Assembly (NCBI GenBank): GCA_008632985.1
Contig: QPGO01000306.1
Span: 1-63,969, forward strand
Direction: 5' to 3'
DNA: 63,969 bases
Source of the DNA: Psammoneis japonica
Taxonomy: Eukaryota
Shown here: piece after piece, positions 32,933 through 44,699 of the stretch
How the letters are laid out: each line of letters begins with the position of its first letter
How positions within the stretch are numbered: the stretch's first letter is position 1
The notes under the pieces: generated by a model
The model's input: the letters and a program-made list of their open reading frames with translations, nothing else
The model's database searches: none
What the model was told of the DNA's origin: nothing
Made by a program: the position numbers and the translations under genes

Positions 32933-35171
32933 CACCCCTGTGGTAGGGGAGCTGTGTGTGTGTGCGTGGTTGTGCGCGCACGGCTTCGCCGTGCGTTGAG
33001 TTTTAATGTTAACATCCACACGCATGTGTGTGTTCCACAAGTAAAAATTCCCATTCCACAGCTCCCCTAAAACTCTAACCACCAAAAACCGAGGGGTCGG
33101 AAGCGCACTTTCGGGAGCTCTTTTTCTCCGCACAAAAAACACGCGTTTCGTCGACTCGACCATGATGATGCCTCGTGGTTCTTCCCCATCGCCTTCCCAG
33201 GACGCCGATCCTACTGACGCCATTGCCAATGACACTGATGCAACAGGCAATGTCATCATTCCGGTTCTCGTGGGTGTGATGCGTACAAAATAAGATGCTA
33301 CAAACTCACACTGTTGTTTGCACGCTCCACCGCCTCCCACAGATGCTGTCACGAATTCCAACGCCGCACCTGCGTTTTGGCCCCCTAGCATGCCCGATGC
33401 TGTTGCTCCTGCCCTTGCTGCCATCACTCCTGCCCTCACTGCCGCAGGTGCTGTTGATGCTGTCATTGCATTTTGCCAATGACGTCCACAATGAAGTGCC
33501 AATGACTCGCACTTCTTTCATTCTCGCCCCACCGCCTCCCACAGATGCTGTCACGAATTCCAGTGCTGCACCTGCGTTTCGGCCCCCTGGCATGCCCGAC
33601 ACTGTCACTCCTGCCCTCACTGCCGCAGGTGCTGTTGATGCTGTTGTTGTCTTTTGCCAACAACGTCCACAACGAAATGCTTGTAACTCACACTTCTTTC
33701 ATTCTCGCCCCACTGCCTCCCACAGATGCCATCATGAATTCCAATGCCGTGCCTGCGTTTCGGCCCCCTGGCATGCCCGACACTGCCAATCCCACCCTTG
33801 CTGCTGCAGTTGCTGTTGATGCTGTTGTTGTTTTTGCTTTGGAAGGAACACAATGGATGACGGATGACGGCGGACCAGGAAACCCACGCAACCACGGCCT
33901 GCTGATGGACGACACATCAATGGACATGAATGGTGCCTCTTGGTTGGCTCTCGAGTGCAGTCTAATCTTTGGAACATGCAGACACAGCATGCAGCTCTCT
34001 GTGGGTTAGAAACCTGACAACAATTGGATGGCAGGCATGCTTTCACAGTTTTTTAGTTTCAAGTTGGAGAGGTCAGCGAATTGGCATTTGTTTGCAGGTG
34101 ACTTGGCAAGGTTTCAAATGGTGCATGTGACTTGGACACTGCTCTGTTTTCCAGGACCAGGTCATTGTGTGCAATTCCACAAGAGGCCACTCTCGCCGTT
34201 TGAGTTCTGCATGTGATGTGCAACATGCTGTTTTTGCATGTTGCTAAAATGGAGGCAGGCAGCAACGTGCTTTTGGCAAACACTCACTGTGTTTGTCACT
34301 GTCAGACCTTCAAAACTGGTGCCTTGTCGACAGCCATGCTGCCACTTTGCATGCCGGCACCTTCTCTGCCCGCACTCCATTGGCTGCGTCCTCCTTCACA
34401 TGTTGCTGCGGTTCATCTTGACACTTGTTGTTGGCTCCGATTGGTTCCGCTGGGCTCTGGGTGAGTCTCAATCACCTCCAGATGGACAAGGTTCTGCTTG
34501 GGAACAATTGTCCTGAGAAAGGTTGTCACCATGCCTCCTGTCATAGATGCTCCTCTGCCACGCCCACTGAACCTTGACGTCGGTTTGTTGCTTTTGTTTT
34601 TTGACCTGGTTTCGGAGCTGCACCCCAGACCGTTTGAGAGAAGGCTCATCAGTGCCTTCCACAACACGGCGATGCGAACGAGAATCCAGTTTTTCCAGGG
34701 ACGCAATGACAGGAGCAGACCAATCACGGGGCGCTGTGTTTGTGTTTCAGGCACAGGATCTGGTGAACAGAACCCCAAATCCTCCGGATGGCAAATCGGC
34801 TGTGTTTGGGTAACGACAGCGGGTGCAATGGCACCGGCCATTGCAGGAGGGACTGCCGCATCAGACATGGCAGGCAGGGATGCGTCAGGTGGTGTGGGGG
34901 ACGAAGAACGGGAGGTCGTCATGGTCGAGTCGACGAAACGCGTGTTTTTTGTGCGGAGAAAAAGAGCTCCCAAAAGTGCGCTTCCGACCCCTCGGTTTTT
35001 GGTGGTTAGAGTTTTAGGGGAGAATATGGTTCAGGATTTTTCCTGCTACTATTAGCATTTGTGTACAAATGCATAAATAAATGTGAGGACATTTATATAA
35101 AAATATAATGAATAAGATATAAACTGCCACGTAACCATGACATCACCATATTCTCCCCTACCACAGGGGTG
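32933..35171. mobile_element. Non-autonomous TIR DNA transposon (9-bp TSD, Mutator-like)
   Basis: Perfect 19-bp TIR CACCCCTGTGGTAGGGGAG (32933-51, 35153-71), TSD CGCGCGCAC (32924-32, 35172-80), inner inverted repeats of more than 100 bp starting 33062 and ending 35022. No transposase seen. Confidence 0.88.
33300..33845. repeat. ~190-bp tandem repeat x3 inside the TIR element
   Basis: CCACCGCCTCCCACAGATGC..GAATTCCA..CATGCCCGA recurs at about 33327, 33529 and 33709. Confidence 0.8.
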
Positions 35172-35399
35172 CGCGCGCACGAGATCGAGATCATCGGAAG
35201 CAGGATTCTGAAATTTCGATGACGTCAACGGGACATTTCCGACGTGTCACAATGTCGCCACGTGCCGTTGCGTGGCGGCGAAACCTGCCGAAAATTTTGA
35301 ATCTCGCGTTCGCTGGAACGGAATCTGATGCATCTCTGTGCATCTGTGAATGTCCATAAGATGCGTTCTTCACCACAAGAGAGACACAGGGCAAAGACA

Positions 35400-37370
35400 A
35401 TGCGTTATCCTCGAAGAGCAGAGTCCATTACAGTGGCTCTGATTTGCTCCTTATATAATGCCGATCCAATTTCGTCGTTTCAAATGCCCATTCGGTCTTT
35501 GGCGCGAGGAGTCGGGAAAGGACCAACCGCTTCGCCGAGGCGACAAATCATCTCCAGTCCCGCATTGAAAGAAGCAAATGACGACAGCTCCATATCAATT
35601 TCAAATGAAGCCATTGATCTTTTCAGCGACGAGACAACATTATTTAATCCTCCGTCAACACTGGCTCCGGAAACGTTGGCTGGAATTTCTGGGTTGGAAA
35701 ATACGACGGTTGAAACTCTCACGGCAGAATGGATATCCCGAGATACTTCCGCTGTAAGCGATTTTCCGAGCGCAGACTTGAATGCAGAAACAGCATCTGA
35801 AACTGAGATGGAGTCGTCATTGGAAGCTCCCGATGTCAAGAAAGTGCTCAGGTTTGCGATCCCCGCATTAGGAGTTTGGCTTTGCAGCCCGTTGCTGTCC
35901 CTCATTGACACGAGTGCCGTAGGACTGCTATCGGGGACAGCCCAACAAGCTGCGTTAAACCCCGCCGTGGCAGTAACTGACTATGGATCACTGCTTGTCG
36001 CCTTTGTCTACACGGCAACGACCAATCTTGTTGCCACAGCTAATGAAAAGGATCGAAATGTGGAGGGCAAACCGCAAACGACCAAGACCTTGACTGCCGC
36101 GCTGCAACTTGCTTCTCTCGTTGGTATCGGGTTTGGGGCATTCTTTGGTATCTTTTCCAAGTTCTTCATGAAGGCACTCATTGGCAATGATGCTATTGAT
36201 CCTGTTGTGTTTGCTGCAGCATTACGATATGTACGAATTCGGGCCCTTGGTTTGCCTGCTGCCGTTGTGATTGGGTCGGGACAAGCGGCATGTCTTGGTT
36301 TGCAGGACATTAAGAGTCCTCTCTATGTGCTTCTTGCCGCAGCGGTTGTAAATTTCTTTGGTGATCTTGTATTTGTGGGGAGTAGTAACCCGCTTATCGG
36401 AGGGTGTGCGGGTGCGGCTTGGGCGACTGTCTTTTCGCAATACGCCGCCTTGGTCATGTTTTTGGGTTGGCTTCAAAGAAAACCAAAAGCCGCGTCCAGC
36501 AACAATACTTCAGGGACACTAATCACGAGAGGTATATTATCTGGAAAGTTCCGAAAGCGAGATATATTCAAAGTCCCGCCACTGGAGAAGGCAAAACAGT
36601 TCTGGCCGTACGTGATTCCCGTCACAACGACGGCGATTGGTCGAGTGTCTGGCTACATTGCAATGTCCCACGTGGCTTCGAGCACACTGGGGATGACCGA
36701 CATGGCGGCTCAGCAAATTCTTTTGGCCTTCTTCATGTGCTTCACACCGATTTGTGATTCATTGAATCTTACAGCACAGAGCTTTGTTCCTGGTATCTTT
36801 GAACGCAAACCGAGTTTGGCAAGAACAAACGCCCTCAAACACACCGTCAAGAGCTTTGTCAAGGCGGGAATCATCATGGGAACCGGTTTGCTGGGTATGG
36901 TATCATGTATGCCAGTGTTTAGCAAATTCTTCACTCTTGACGCCCTGGTGTCTTCCAAGGTGGCGTCAGCCACTCCATTCTTGGCGGCCATTTTCGCCTT
37001 GTCAGGAATCGTCTGCGCTGGAGAAGGTAAGCAGTTTTTTTGCGAGACGTTTGAATGTGCCGCGGTTGAATCTTGTCAATGCTAACCGTGCTCGTCCTTC
37101 GTCGTATCATGCCACGCAGGCCTCCTCTTGGGACAAAAGGATTTGGGCTTCTTGGGCAAGTCTTATGCAGCTTACTTCTTTGCAGTGCCATTTTTCCTGC
37201 TCCGCTTGAAAAAGGTTGCAGCCAGTGGCATTCACAATGTGGGAGTTTCCTCCATGTGGCAAATCTTTACGGTTTATCAGAGTATACGGTGTGCCATGTG
37301 GCTTATCCGACTGCGATTACTTCATCGACAAAGAAGAGCAAGTCAACCAGTTGGAGCTGTCGCTGTATGA
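35400..37370 (+). CDS. MATE family transporter (DTX45/46-like); intron 37027-37119
   Basis: FAIPALGVWLCSPLLSLIDTSAVG, YVRIRALGLP, AAQQI. Splicing GT..AG joins GE-GLLLGQKD. Confidence 0.9.
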
Positions 37371-37556
37371 CCACGTGTCTGGAAGCGATGCTCATGCTAT
37401 AATAATCGAAACGATAGAACTTTGCAGTAGCTAAGTGCAAAGATAGAACGCAAACGAGATAGATTTCACTGTTCTACTGAGATATTAAAATCGCCTAACC
37501 ACTACAACACACATACTGTAGATTGAAGAAGAGGCCCATCCTTTTGCTCACCAACC

Positions 37557-39233
37557 CTACGAAATTGTAAATTGCAAGTCGCCGCCATTTTCGTCATCCG
37601 CAGCCGATTCGACATTGTTGTTCTTATCCAAAGGCATGTACTGCGCCAAAATGCCCCGAACCTCGGCGTGCATTCTGTTTTGGGACCGCCGGTAAAGAAT
37701 CAGTCCAACGCAGGAAAAGATAAGTACAACGGCCACCAGGGTACCCATAAAGACGGCGGGCGAAAGAAACGTGTCTGCCGCGGCTCCAGCGCAGTGTCCC
37801 GTTTCGACGCAACTGAGTTCATCGTGGCAGTTCATGCAGGTCTCACAGACGGCGGGTTTAGTTCCCGACTCGAAACCAGCACAGACGCCCTTGAAAATGG
37901 TCGAAAAGGTCAAGGCCCCGCGAATGGCAACATTGTTGACAAAGGCGGCCGGCATAATCACAACACCCGAGGATTTCTTGGCACCAATTTCGGATTCCAA
38001 AATGGAGTTTTCCTTATCGCCCTCCAGACCACCAGAATCTTTCATGCACGCCTCAATCTTGTGGTGATCAACACCCGCGTGGTTCATGGCATCCTTGATA
38101 CAATCCATATTGGTGAACAAGCCGGGTTCATCGCATCGGGCCATAAACTCCAACACGTAGTCCCACCACGGCTCACCCACTCCATCACCCACACCATAGT
38201 TCTTCCAAATACAAAGACGACGCAAGCTCTCCCCGACAACATCGGCACCCGAAATTCCCTTGTCCAAATCATTGTCTGGATCAGTCGCACAGTAGCGTCC
38301 CGAGTTGGTACAGAGATTGTAGCACTGGTCTTCTCCGCTATCACTTCGGCATCCCGACACGATTCCATCGTACACATACATGTGGGGCGTAAAGGACGCA
38401 TGGCTACCCAACGCTATGGCCGCGTGCTTGAATTGACGCTGAAAGGCTCGACTCACCATGTCGGTGGGGGTCGTCCAGAGCTCATACTCCACGTGGTTGT
38501 CGGGACTCGGCAAGGCCCAAGCCATTTCCAACCTTACCACCTTGTCCTCCTTCAAGGCCTTCTTGATGGGATCGGCGTCTTGCTTAAACATGAGAAAGGA
38601 CGGAATGGAAATATCCGACCCGGATCCATCGTCGGCCATGTAGGGCTCTTGCGTTTCGCACGGTTCATTGTCTTCGGATACGCAGGAATCTCCCGCCGAG
38701 CACAGACACGAATCATCCGCAATAATCACAGCGGCTGCACCCGACCTCTGAGCGTTGCGGACCTTGATGACAAAGGTACACCCACCGCGATCCACCATGA
38801 GAATATAAGGAGCAGCCCAGGGTTTCATTTCGCCGTCTTCGCCCTTGGAGCGACTCGGATAACCCGCTCTCGTGTCGACATTGGGATCACAGAGGTTCGA
38901 ATCGGCGTAGTATACGTTTTGCTGAATCGAACCGCCATAGGGCGGCACACCAAAGAGTGCTTCGCGATGATCATAGCCGCCAGGTCTGTAGAATTCATGA
39001 GGAATCTAGAGATACAACAAGAGAAACGGCACGTATGCATGAGAAAAAGATTTTTCGGGGTCATTCTAGCAGAAACCCTACGAAATTTGCCGTAGAAACT
39101 GAAAATGACGAAAAAATCTTTGCTTTCTACAGGGAAAACTCACGTGAACTTGCAGTTGACTCGAGACACCCGCACCGTTGGCATAAGCCATAAGGTTGGA
39201 TAGAGCCAAGACTGCGCTTAACAGAATCTTCAT
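37557..39233 (-). CDS. VSR: Vacuolar sorting receptor (PA domain, one TM); intron 39006-39143
   Basis: Signal peptide, ALFGVPPYGG, VDRGGCTFV.KVRNAQ, GRYCATDPD, TM followed by EVRGILAQYMPL. Confidence 0.92.
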
Positions 39234-39689
39234 TGTGAATGGATGGCTTTGCTTTGCATGCAGCAGTCGACCAGAGGTGATGCTGTTGTTGTTGTTCATG
39301 CTGGAGCCTTCGCGCGTCGTCGTCGTGCGGTGTGTTGGTGCAGTTGGTGGGAGTTGCACAATGACCCCACCCGCGTTTTGTACTGATTTTCTACGACACA
39401 TAGTGTCCGTTAAATGCTGCGAAAACACGTAGAATTCTACGGAAGAAGTCATAACTTGTGTTATAAGATATTTAAGACCTAAATAAGATATATCAAATTT
39501 CTACTGAAAGATTGCGTTCAGTTCTTAGTATGTAGAAGTCATACAACGATCACTTCTCATTCCTTTTTCCGGAAAAGGGTGTCATGCTGTACGATTTCGA
39601 ACCACTCAACGCAATGTCAATCAATTGTACTCCGCATCAAGCAATTTATCAATCAAGCAATTGATGTAATCTTCTGCCAGCGACCTGAC

Positions 39690-42250
39690 AACAGCACCAC
39701 AGAGGGAAAAAGATGTTTTCTGGTGTGTCGCACATGAGGGGGGAAATGGATCTTGAGGGTTGATGTGAGGCCTTTGGCATTCTTCACATGCGGTCAATCC
39801 AAAACATCTTGATGTCTCAGGCAGCAAAGTGCATGACCCCAACAGCCACAACGCTCAAGTGGAAGGGAGTCACAGGCAGAACAACACTGGCAAGAGCTCT
39901 CCAGAGACACTCTCACCCATGATGACTTGCAACATCCTCTGTCTTTTGTGCACCACTGGCTTTGCTGGTTGCCGCTGCCCCCAGGCAACCAAGCAAAAGA
40001 TCAAGTGATTTTCTGGGTCAACAAAAAGCAACATTTTCCATCAAAAGCTGTTGTTGAGCACACACGCATCCATTTTCCTTTCCAACAACCTGCTGGCCTG
40101 CTGCAGCTGCAAAGTTTCCTCTTCACCTGTTGCTTGCACTTTCTGGTGAGAACAGAGCTGGGCTTGCATTTGGTTGTTTCCTTTTTGGCAAATGCCCTGT
40201 CCATTGCTGGCACACCCTGCTGCACTGCCTGGCCTGAGTGCTTCTTTCTTGTCTGCTGTGCTTTTGAGTTGACATCCATTCTAAACCAGAGCCAACTTGG
40301 CCATTGAGTTTGCTGACACTGTCTTTTGGCTCCAGCCAAGGAAGCAGGGTTGCTGCCTTGTGCGCAGCATGCTTGTTTGTTTGCAGCTTGCATCACCGGC
40401 ACACCTTGAGATGAGTTGTTCACAATGAATTTGCAAATTCTGGAGTGTTGTCATTTGGACAAGATGGCAGGTTGGCATTTCTGGCACTTTTGTCATCTGC
40501 CACTGGTGCTGCTGCTCAAGCAACTTGTGCTGCTGGGGGTGCCCCATTTCTCCATGTCAGCAGAAGATTGCAGTGCAGCTGTGGCTGCAGGCTCTGTTGG
40601 GCCACAGTTGCCTTTTTCTGCTGATGATTTTGTTGTTTCATTGTCTGCAACACCCATGAGAGGCTTCAACAGAGAAACAAAAGAGCCAACAGTGCCAGAG
40701 TTGGTCTTGGCTTTGGAGCAGGCAGCACAGCAGGACTGGCTGGCATCAGCGCAGGTGGGGCATGGGAGGATCAGGTGGCACAGGATGGGCAGCAGGTGGG
40801 CTCTTGGAGGAGTGGGCAGCTTTGAAGCATGCAGCTTTGGAGCTGGTGACTGCTCAGTTTGGCTGGAGGAGCAGCCCCAGTGCATCATGATCTCTCACAG
40901 CAGCACAAGCAGTGTGGGGGACATCCCTCTGGCCCAGCAACTCCATTGTGTTTGACCTTAATTTGCATGATTCTGTGTGGGAAAATCACAATGTGCTGCA
41001 TGTGTTGCTGTGCTGCGTGGTGGGCCCATGCGTGGTGAGACTGGGTTCATGTTTCTTGACACTGGTGCAACATGTGAAAAAACACATGAGAAATGACAGC
41101 AAGTGGTCACTCAGCAAAGGTGCTTGCCATTTCTGCAAATCCTTTGATTGTTTGTGCTGTGGCATTGGCCAAACTTTCACAAACACCAGCAAAGTCATCT
41201 GCACCTCATGGTGTCAAAATCCTGGAATTTTTGCACTGCAGACCCCCCACGAAGTTGCAGGTTGGGGCAGAGCCACACTTTTGGCAAACCAGACAATGAG
41301 TTGCTTCAGACAGCCACTTTGTGCCTCCACCAAGTGTGCAATGGCAAGTTTAAAGAAGCTGTCAAAAACTGGCACATTCATTGCTGCACCTTTCATTGAG
41401 GTGCCACTTTTGCATGAGTGGGCACCACTGCTGCTTCATTTCCAGCACATCATCAAGCCCAATGTGGGCTTGCTTCAGCAGCACTGTCAACAGCATGTTG
41501 CAATGCAAAGCATCTTTTGTCACACCAAGAAATCACAAAAGCATCAGAAAAGTGGCTTGCGGTGGTGTGCCCCTTTCATTTGGTGCTTCAGGATCATCCA
41601 TTGTCATGCCAAAACTTGTGAGCAATGGCAACGTTGTTTCGGGATCACATTTGCATCAATGGCATTGTTCACAACTGGCCCCATTCCACAAACACAAACA
41701 GTGCAAGCATGGTCACACATTGTCAACACTGTTCCACAAAAGTGCTGCTTGCCATCAATGTGAAAAACAAGACTGTGAAAGGATTTTGCATGTGTGCCAC
41801 CAGCCAGAGCCACCAGCGAGAGCCATCACCACACACGGGCCCTTGTTGACTGTCACATCTCCTTGTTTGTGCTCTGCTCCCTTGAAGTTTTCATCCACCA
41901 AACATGTGGTTTGTTCAATCCACAATTCTTGTTTTTGATGCAGGCTCTTCATTGAAGTCAAAGAACGATGGAGGCTGTCCCTTTTGGGAGGAGTGTCTTT
42001 TTTGTGAACACCACCCGGCATGTGCAATGCTTTCTTTTGTGCCTCTGACAAAGAAAGGCTCTCCTGAAAGTTCAGTAAAAATGTCCACCAAGCCAAGTGA
42101 TGCAACACTCACATGCATCTTGAATGAACTGGTGAATGTCCAGCGCACACGTGTTGTTGTTGATCGGCTGATCATTCATGGTGCCTCCGCCAAAACATGA
42201 GAAAACTGGCGTCAAGGCACACAAAAGAATGAACACCTTTCAACACTTTT
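39690..42250. other. Decayed TpA/CpG-depleted block, possibly containing a DENN-domain pseudogene on the minus strand (about 41200-41800)
   Basis: TG/CA-saturated sequence. Fragments KSFHSLVFHIDGKQHFCGTVLTMCD and LKQLIVWFAKSVALPQP weakly resemble uDENN/DENN motifs. Confidence 0.35.
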
Positions 42251-42738
42251 TGAAACCTTTTTTTTAACCATTTTTTGCCGGTCCTTACCTCACATTGTCT
42301 CCTAAAGCCGTTGTCTATTTCACCACAACGAAAGAATGCAAACGACAAAGAGCTGTCGCGTCGTCGTCATGGCAGAGTGGGAGCCACCAACAGTCACGCA
42401 CAGGCGTCGTAGATTCTGTACGCAACGGACAATCATAGGCATAGCATCGGCATGCGTTTTATCCATCATCGTATGATGTCAAATACCGGTTACGTCTCTA
42501 CGTGAACGAATGTCCGAGTTATTTTATCGGTACAGTATGTGCTGGAATTCCAAATACCATATTGCGTTGGTGTACCGGTAGTTCCTACAGTACCTGAATT
42601 TGTGGTTTGGTTGTTGGTTGCTGGTTGCTGACCGCTGACTTTCCACAAAGCCAGCTCGAACGGCATTGCATTAAGCAATAAGGTAGCCTAGTAAGTTACT
42701 AAGACAGAGAAGAGCCACCCTATCTTACGTGCAGCAAC

Positions 42739-44385
42739 ATGTCTTCGTCTTGGGCTCGATTCGCTATCTGGGCCACAAACTTAATCTTGAATGCGCCATC
42801 GCAGTTTCTGCGTGAAAGCGCCAACATCGTTGTGGTCAATACCTTTGCCAACCGCATTCCACCGCGACCTCGCCCGTTAGCCTTGGACGCGGATTACACG
42901 ACGTGGAATGGACTCACGAATCGGACATACAACGGCCGCATCCTTCCAGCGGACCGAGAATACACCAAAACCCTCCCCGACCTCGACAAGGTTCTAGCTT
43001 TGTTTGCTCGTGGCGATGAGACGATTCTTGACGAACGCACAACTCTCCTTTTTCCTTTGTTCGCTCAATGGTTTGTAGATGGCTTCTTGCGAACCAATCA
43101 AAAAGATTTCAGGCTCACCGAAGCGCCCGACCATGAGATAAACTTAAATCAGCTGTATGGCACGGGTGAAGCTCAGACAAACATGCTGAGATCTAAGACA
43201 GGAGGTAAACTGAAATCTCAGGTTTTTAAAGGAGAAGAGTACCCTCCGTTCCTTTTTGATTCTAAGACTCTTGAACTGAAACCGGAGTTCGAAGGCCTGT
43301 ACACTGAGGCCAATTTCGAGCGCGTATTTGGATCTGCATCAGACGAAACAAAACAATATGCCTTTGCCGTTGGACTGGACACTGGTAATTCTGCTATTGG
43401 GCCTTCCATGATGAATATCCTTTTTCTACGAGAGCACAATCGCGTCGCCAGTGTCATTGCCGAGGCGCACAAGGACTGGGATGATGAGCGAATCTTCCAG
43501 ACAACTCGCAACTGCATGATTGCAATGGTGATGCGCATTACTGTTGAGGACTACATATATGCTATTTCACAGATTCCAGTTGTTATGGGGCCAATCGGGT
43601 TTGCTGAGAAAGAACGTTGGTATCGAACCAACTGGCTAAGTATTGAATTCAACCTCCTCTACAGATGGCATGATCTAATACCTGATTCGATAGAGTTCGG
43701 AGCCACAGCATTCGATGCTCCAGCGGCGCTAGGGAACAACAATGCCTTGATGTTTGACCCGGATATGGAAGCGCTACTCGTGGACGCCGCGAACAACCAG
43801 GAAGAGTTCGGAGACCCAGCCTTCGATGCTCCAGCGCTAGTGAACAACAATGCTTTGATCTTTGACCTAGGTATGGAAACGCTGCTCGTGGACGCCTCGA
43901 ACCAGAAGGCCGGAAAGCTGATCCTGGGCAACACTGCCCAGTTCTTGATGCCTGTGCAGAATGCCACGCTTCGAGTGTCACGAGCCTGTGGGCTCCGTTC
44001 CTACAATGAGTACGCTAGGTACTTTGGAATGTCTGTCCCAAAATCGTTTGACGATCTGACTGGCGACCCTGAGTTGTCAAGGAAGCTTGCTAGCGTCTAT
44101 GATAGTGTAGAGCAAGTCGAATGGTACGTTGGACTTTACGCAGCAGAACGGGAGGTACCAAGTATGTTTGCGCCCACATTGATGAGCTTTATGGTTGGAT
44201 ACGATGCCGTGACACACATCTTCACAAACCCTTTGCTCAATAGTGCAGTTTACTCGAAAGACACGTTTTCCAAGGAGGGTTTTGAAATCATGGAAAGTAC
44301 GAATCGGCTTCATGATATCGTCATTCGGAACACGAAGATTACTGATCCCGCGACGGTTTCTCTGGTTTCAGATCGTCGAGACTAA
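42739..44385 (+). CDS. Heme peroxidase-cyclooxygenase family protein (PGHS/fatty-acid dioxygenase-like)
   Basis: FAQWFVDGFLRT, HEINLNQLYG, LREHNRV, WDDERIFQT, IEFNLLYRWH, VEWYVGLYAAE. Intronless. Confidence 0.9.
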   Translation: MSSSWARFAIWATNLILNAPSQFLRESANIVVVNTFANRIPPRPRPLALDADYTTWNGLTNRTYNGRILPADREYTKTLPDLDKVLALFARGDETILDERTTLLFPLFAQWFVDGFLRTNQKDFRLTEAPDHEINLNQLYGTGEAQTNMLRSKTGGKLKSQVFKGEEYPPFLFDSKTLELKPEFEGLYTEANFERVFGSASDETKQYAFAVGLDTGNSAIGPSMMNILFLREHNRVASVIAEAHKDWDDERIFQTTRNCMIAMVMRITVEDYIYAISQIPVVMGPIGFAEKERWYRTNWLSIEFNLLYRWHDLIPDSIEFGATAFDAPAALGNNNALMFDPDMEALLVDAANNQEEFGDPAFDAPALVNNNALIFDLGMETLLVDASNQKAGKLILGNTAQFLMPVQNATLRVSRACGLRSYNEYARYFGMSVPKSFDDLTGDPELSRKLASVYDSVEQVEWYVGLYAAEREVPSMFAPTLMSFMVGYDAVTHIFTNPLLNSAVYSKDTFSKEGFEIMESTNRLHDIVIRNTKITDPATVSLVSDRRD

Positions 44386-44699
44386 ATGCACAATGTTGTT
44401 TAGAGTTTTTTACGTTGGGGTTGAAAGAATCCCATTTTTCAACAGTAGCTAGGGCGTCTCTCCTACTTTTACTTTCCGTGTCTATTGAAATCACACCTGC
44501 TTCCACAAAACCTTGCCAAAGAACCACGCAGCGTGTGCCGGATAAGCACGAATCATGATAGGACCCAAGCCGCGAAAGAGACCCAGAAAGCCACGCTCGC
44601 GATCGATGCGAAATCATTTCTGGAAAGCAGCTGCCAAGAATCATGACATCCCGTCGAGATCGGACGCTGTTTTTTGGCAAGTCAAATGGCATGGCAATT

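Noticed and set aside
37572..39095. 507-aa plus-strand ORF
   Set aside because: Antisense shadow of the vacuolar sorting receptor.
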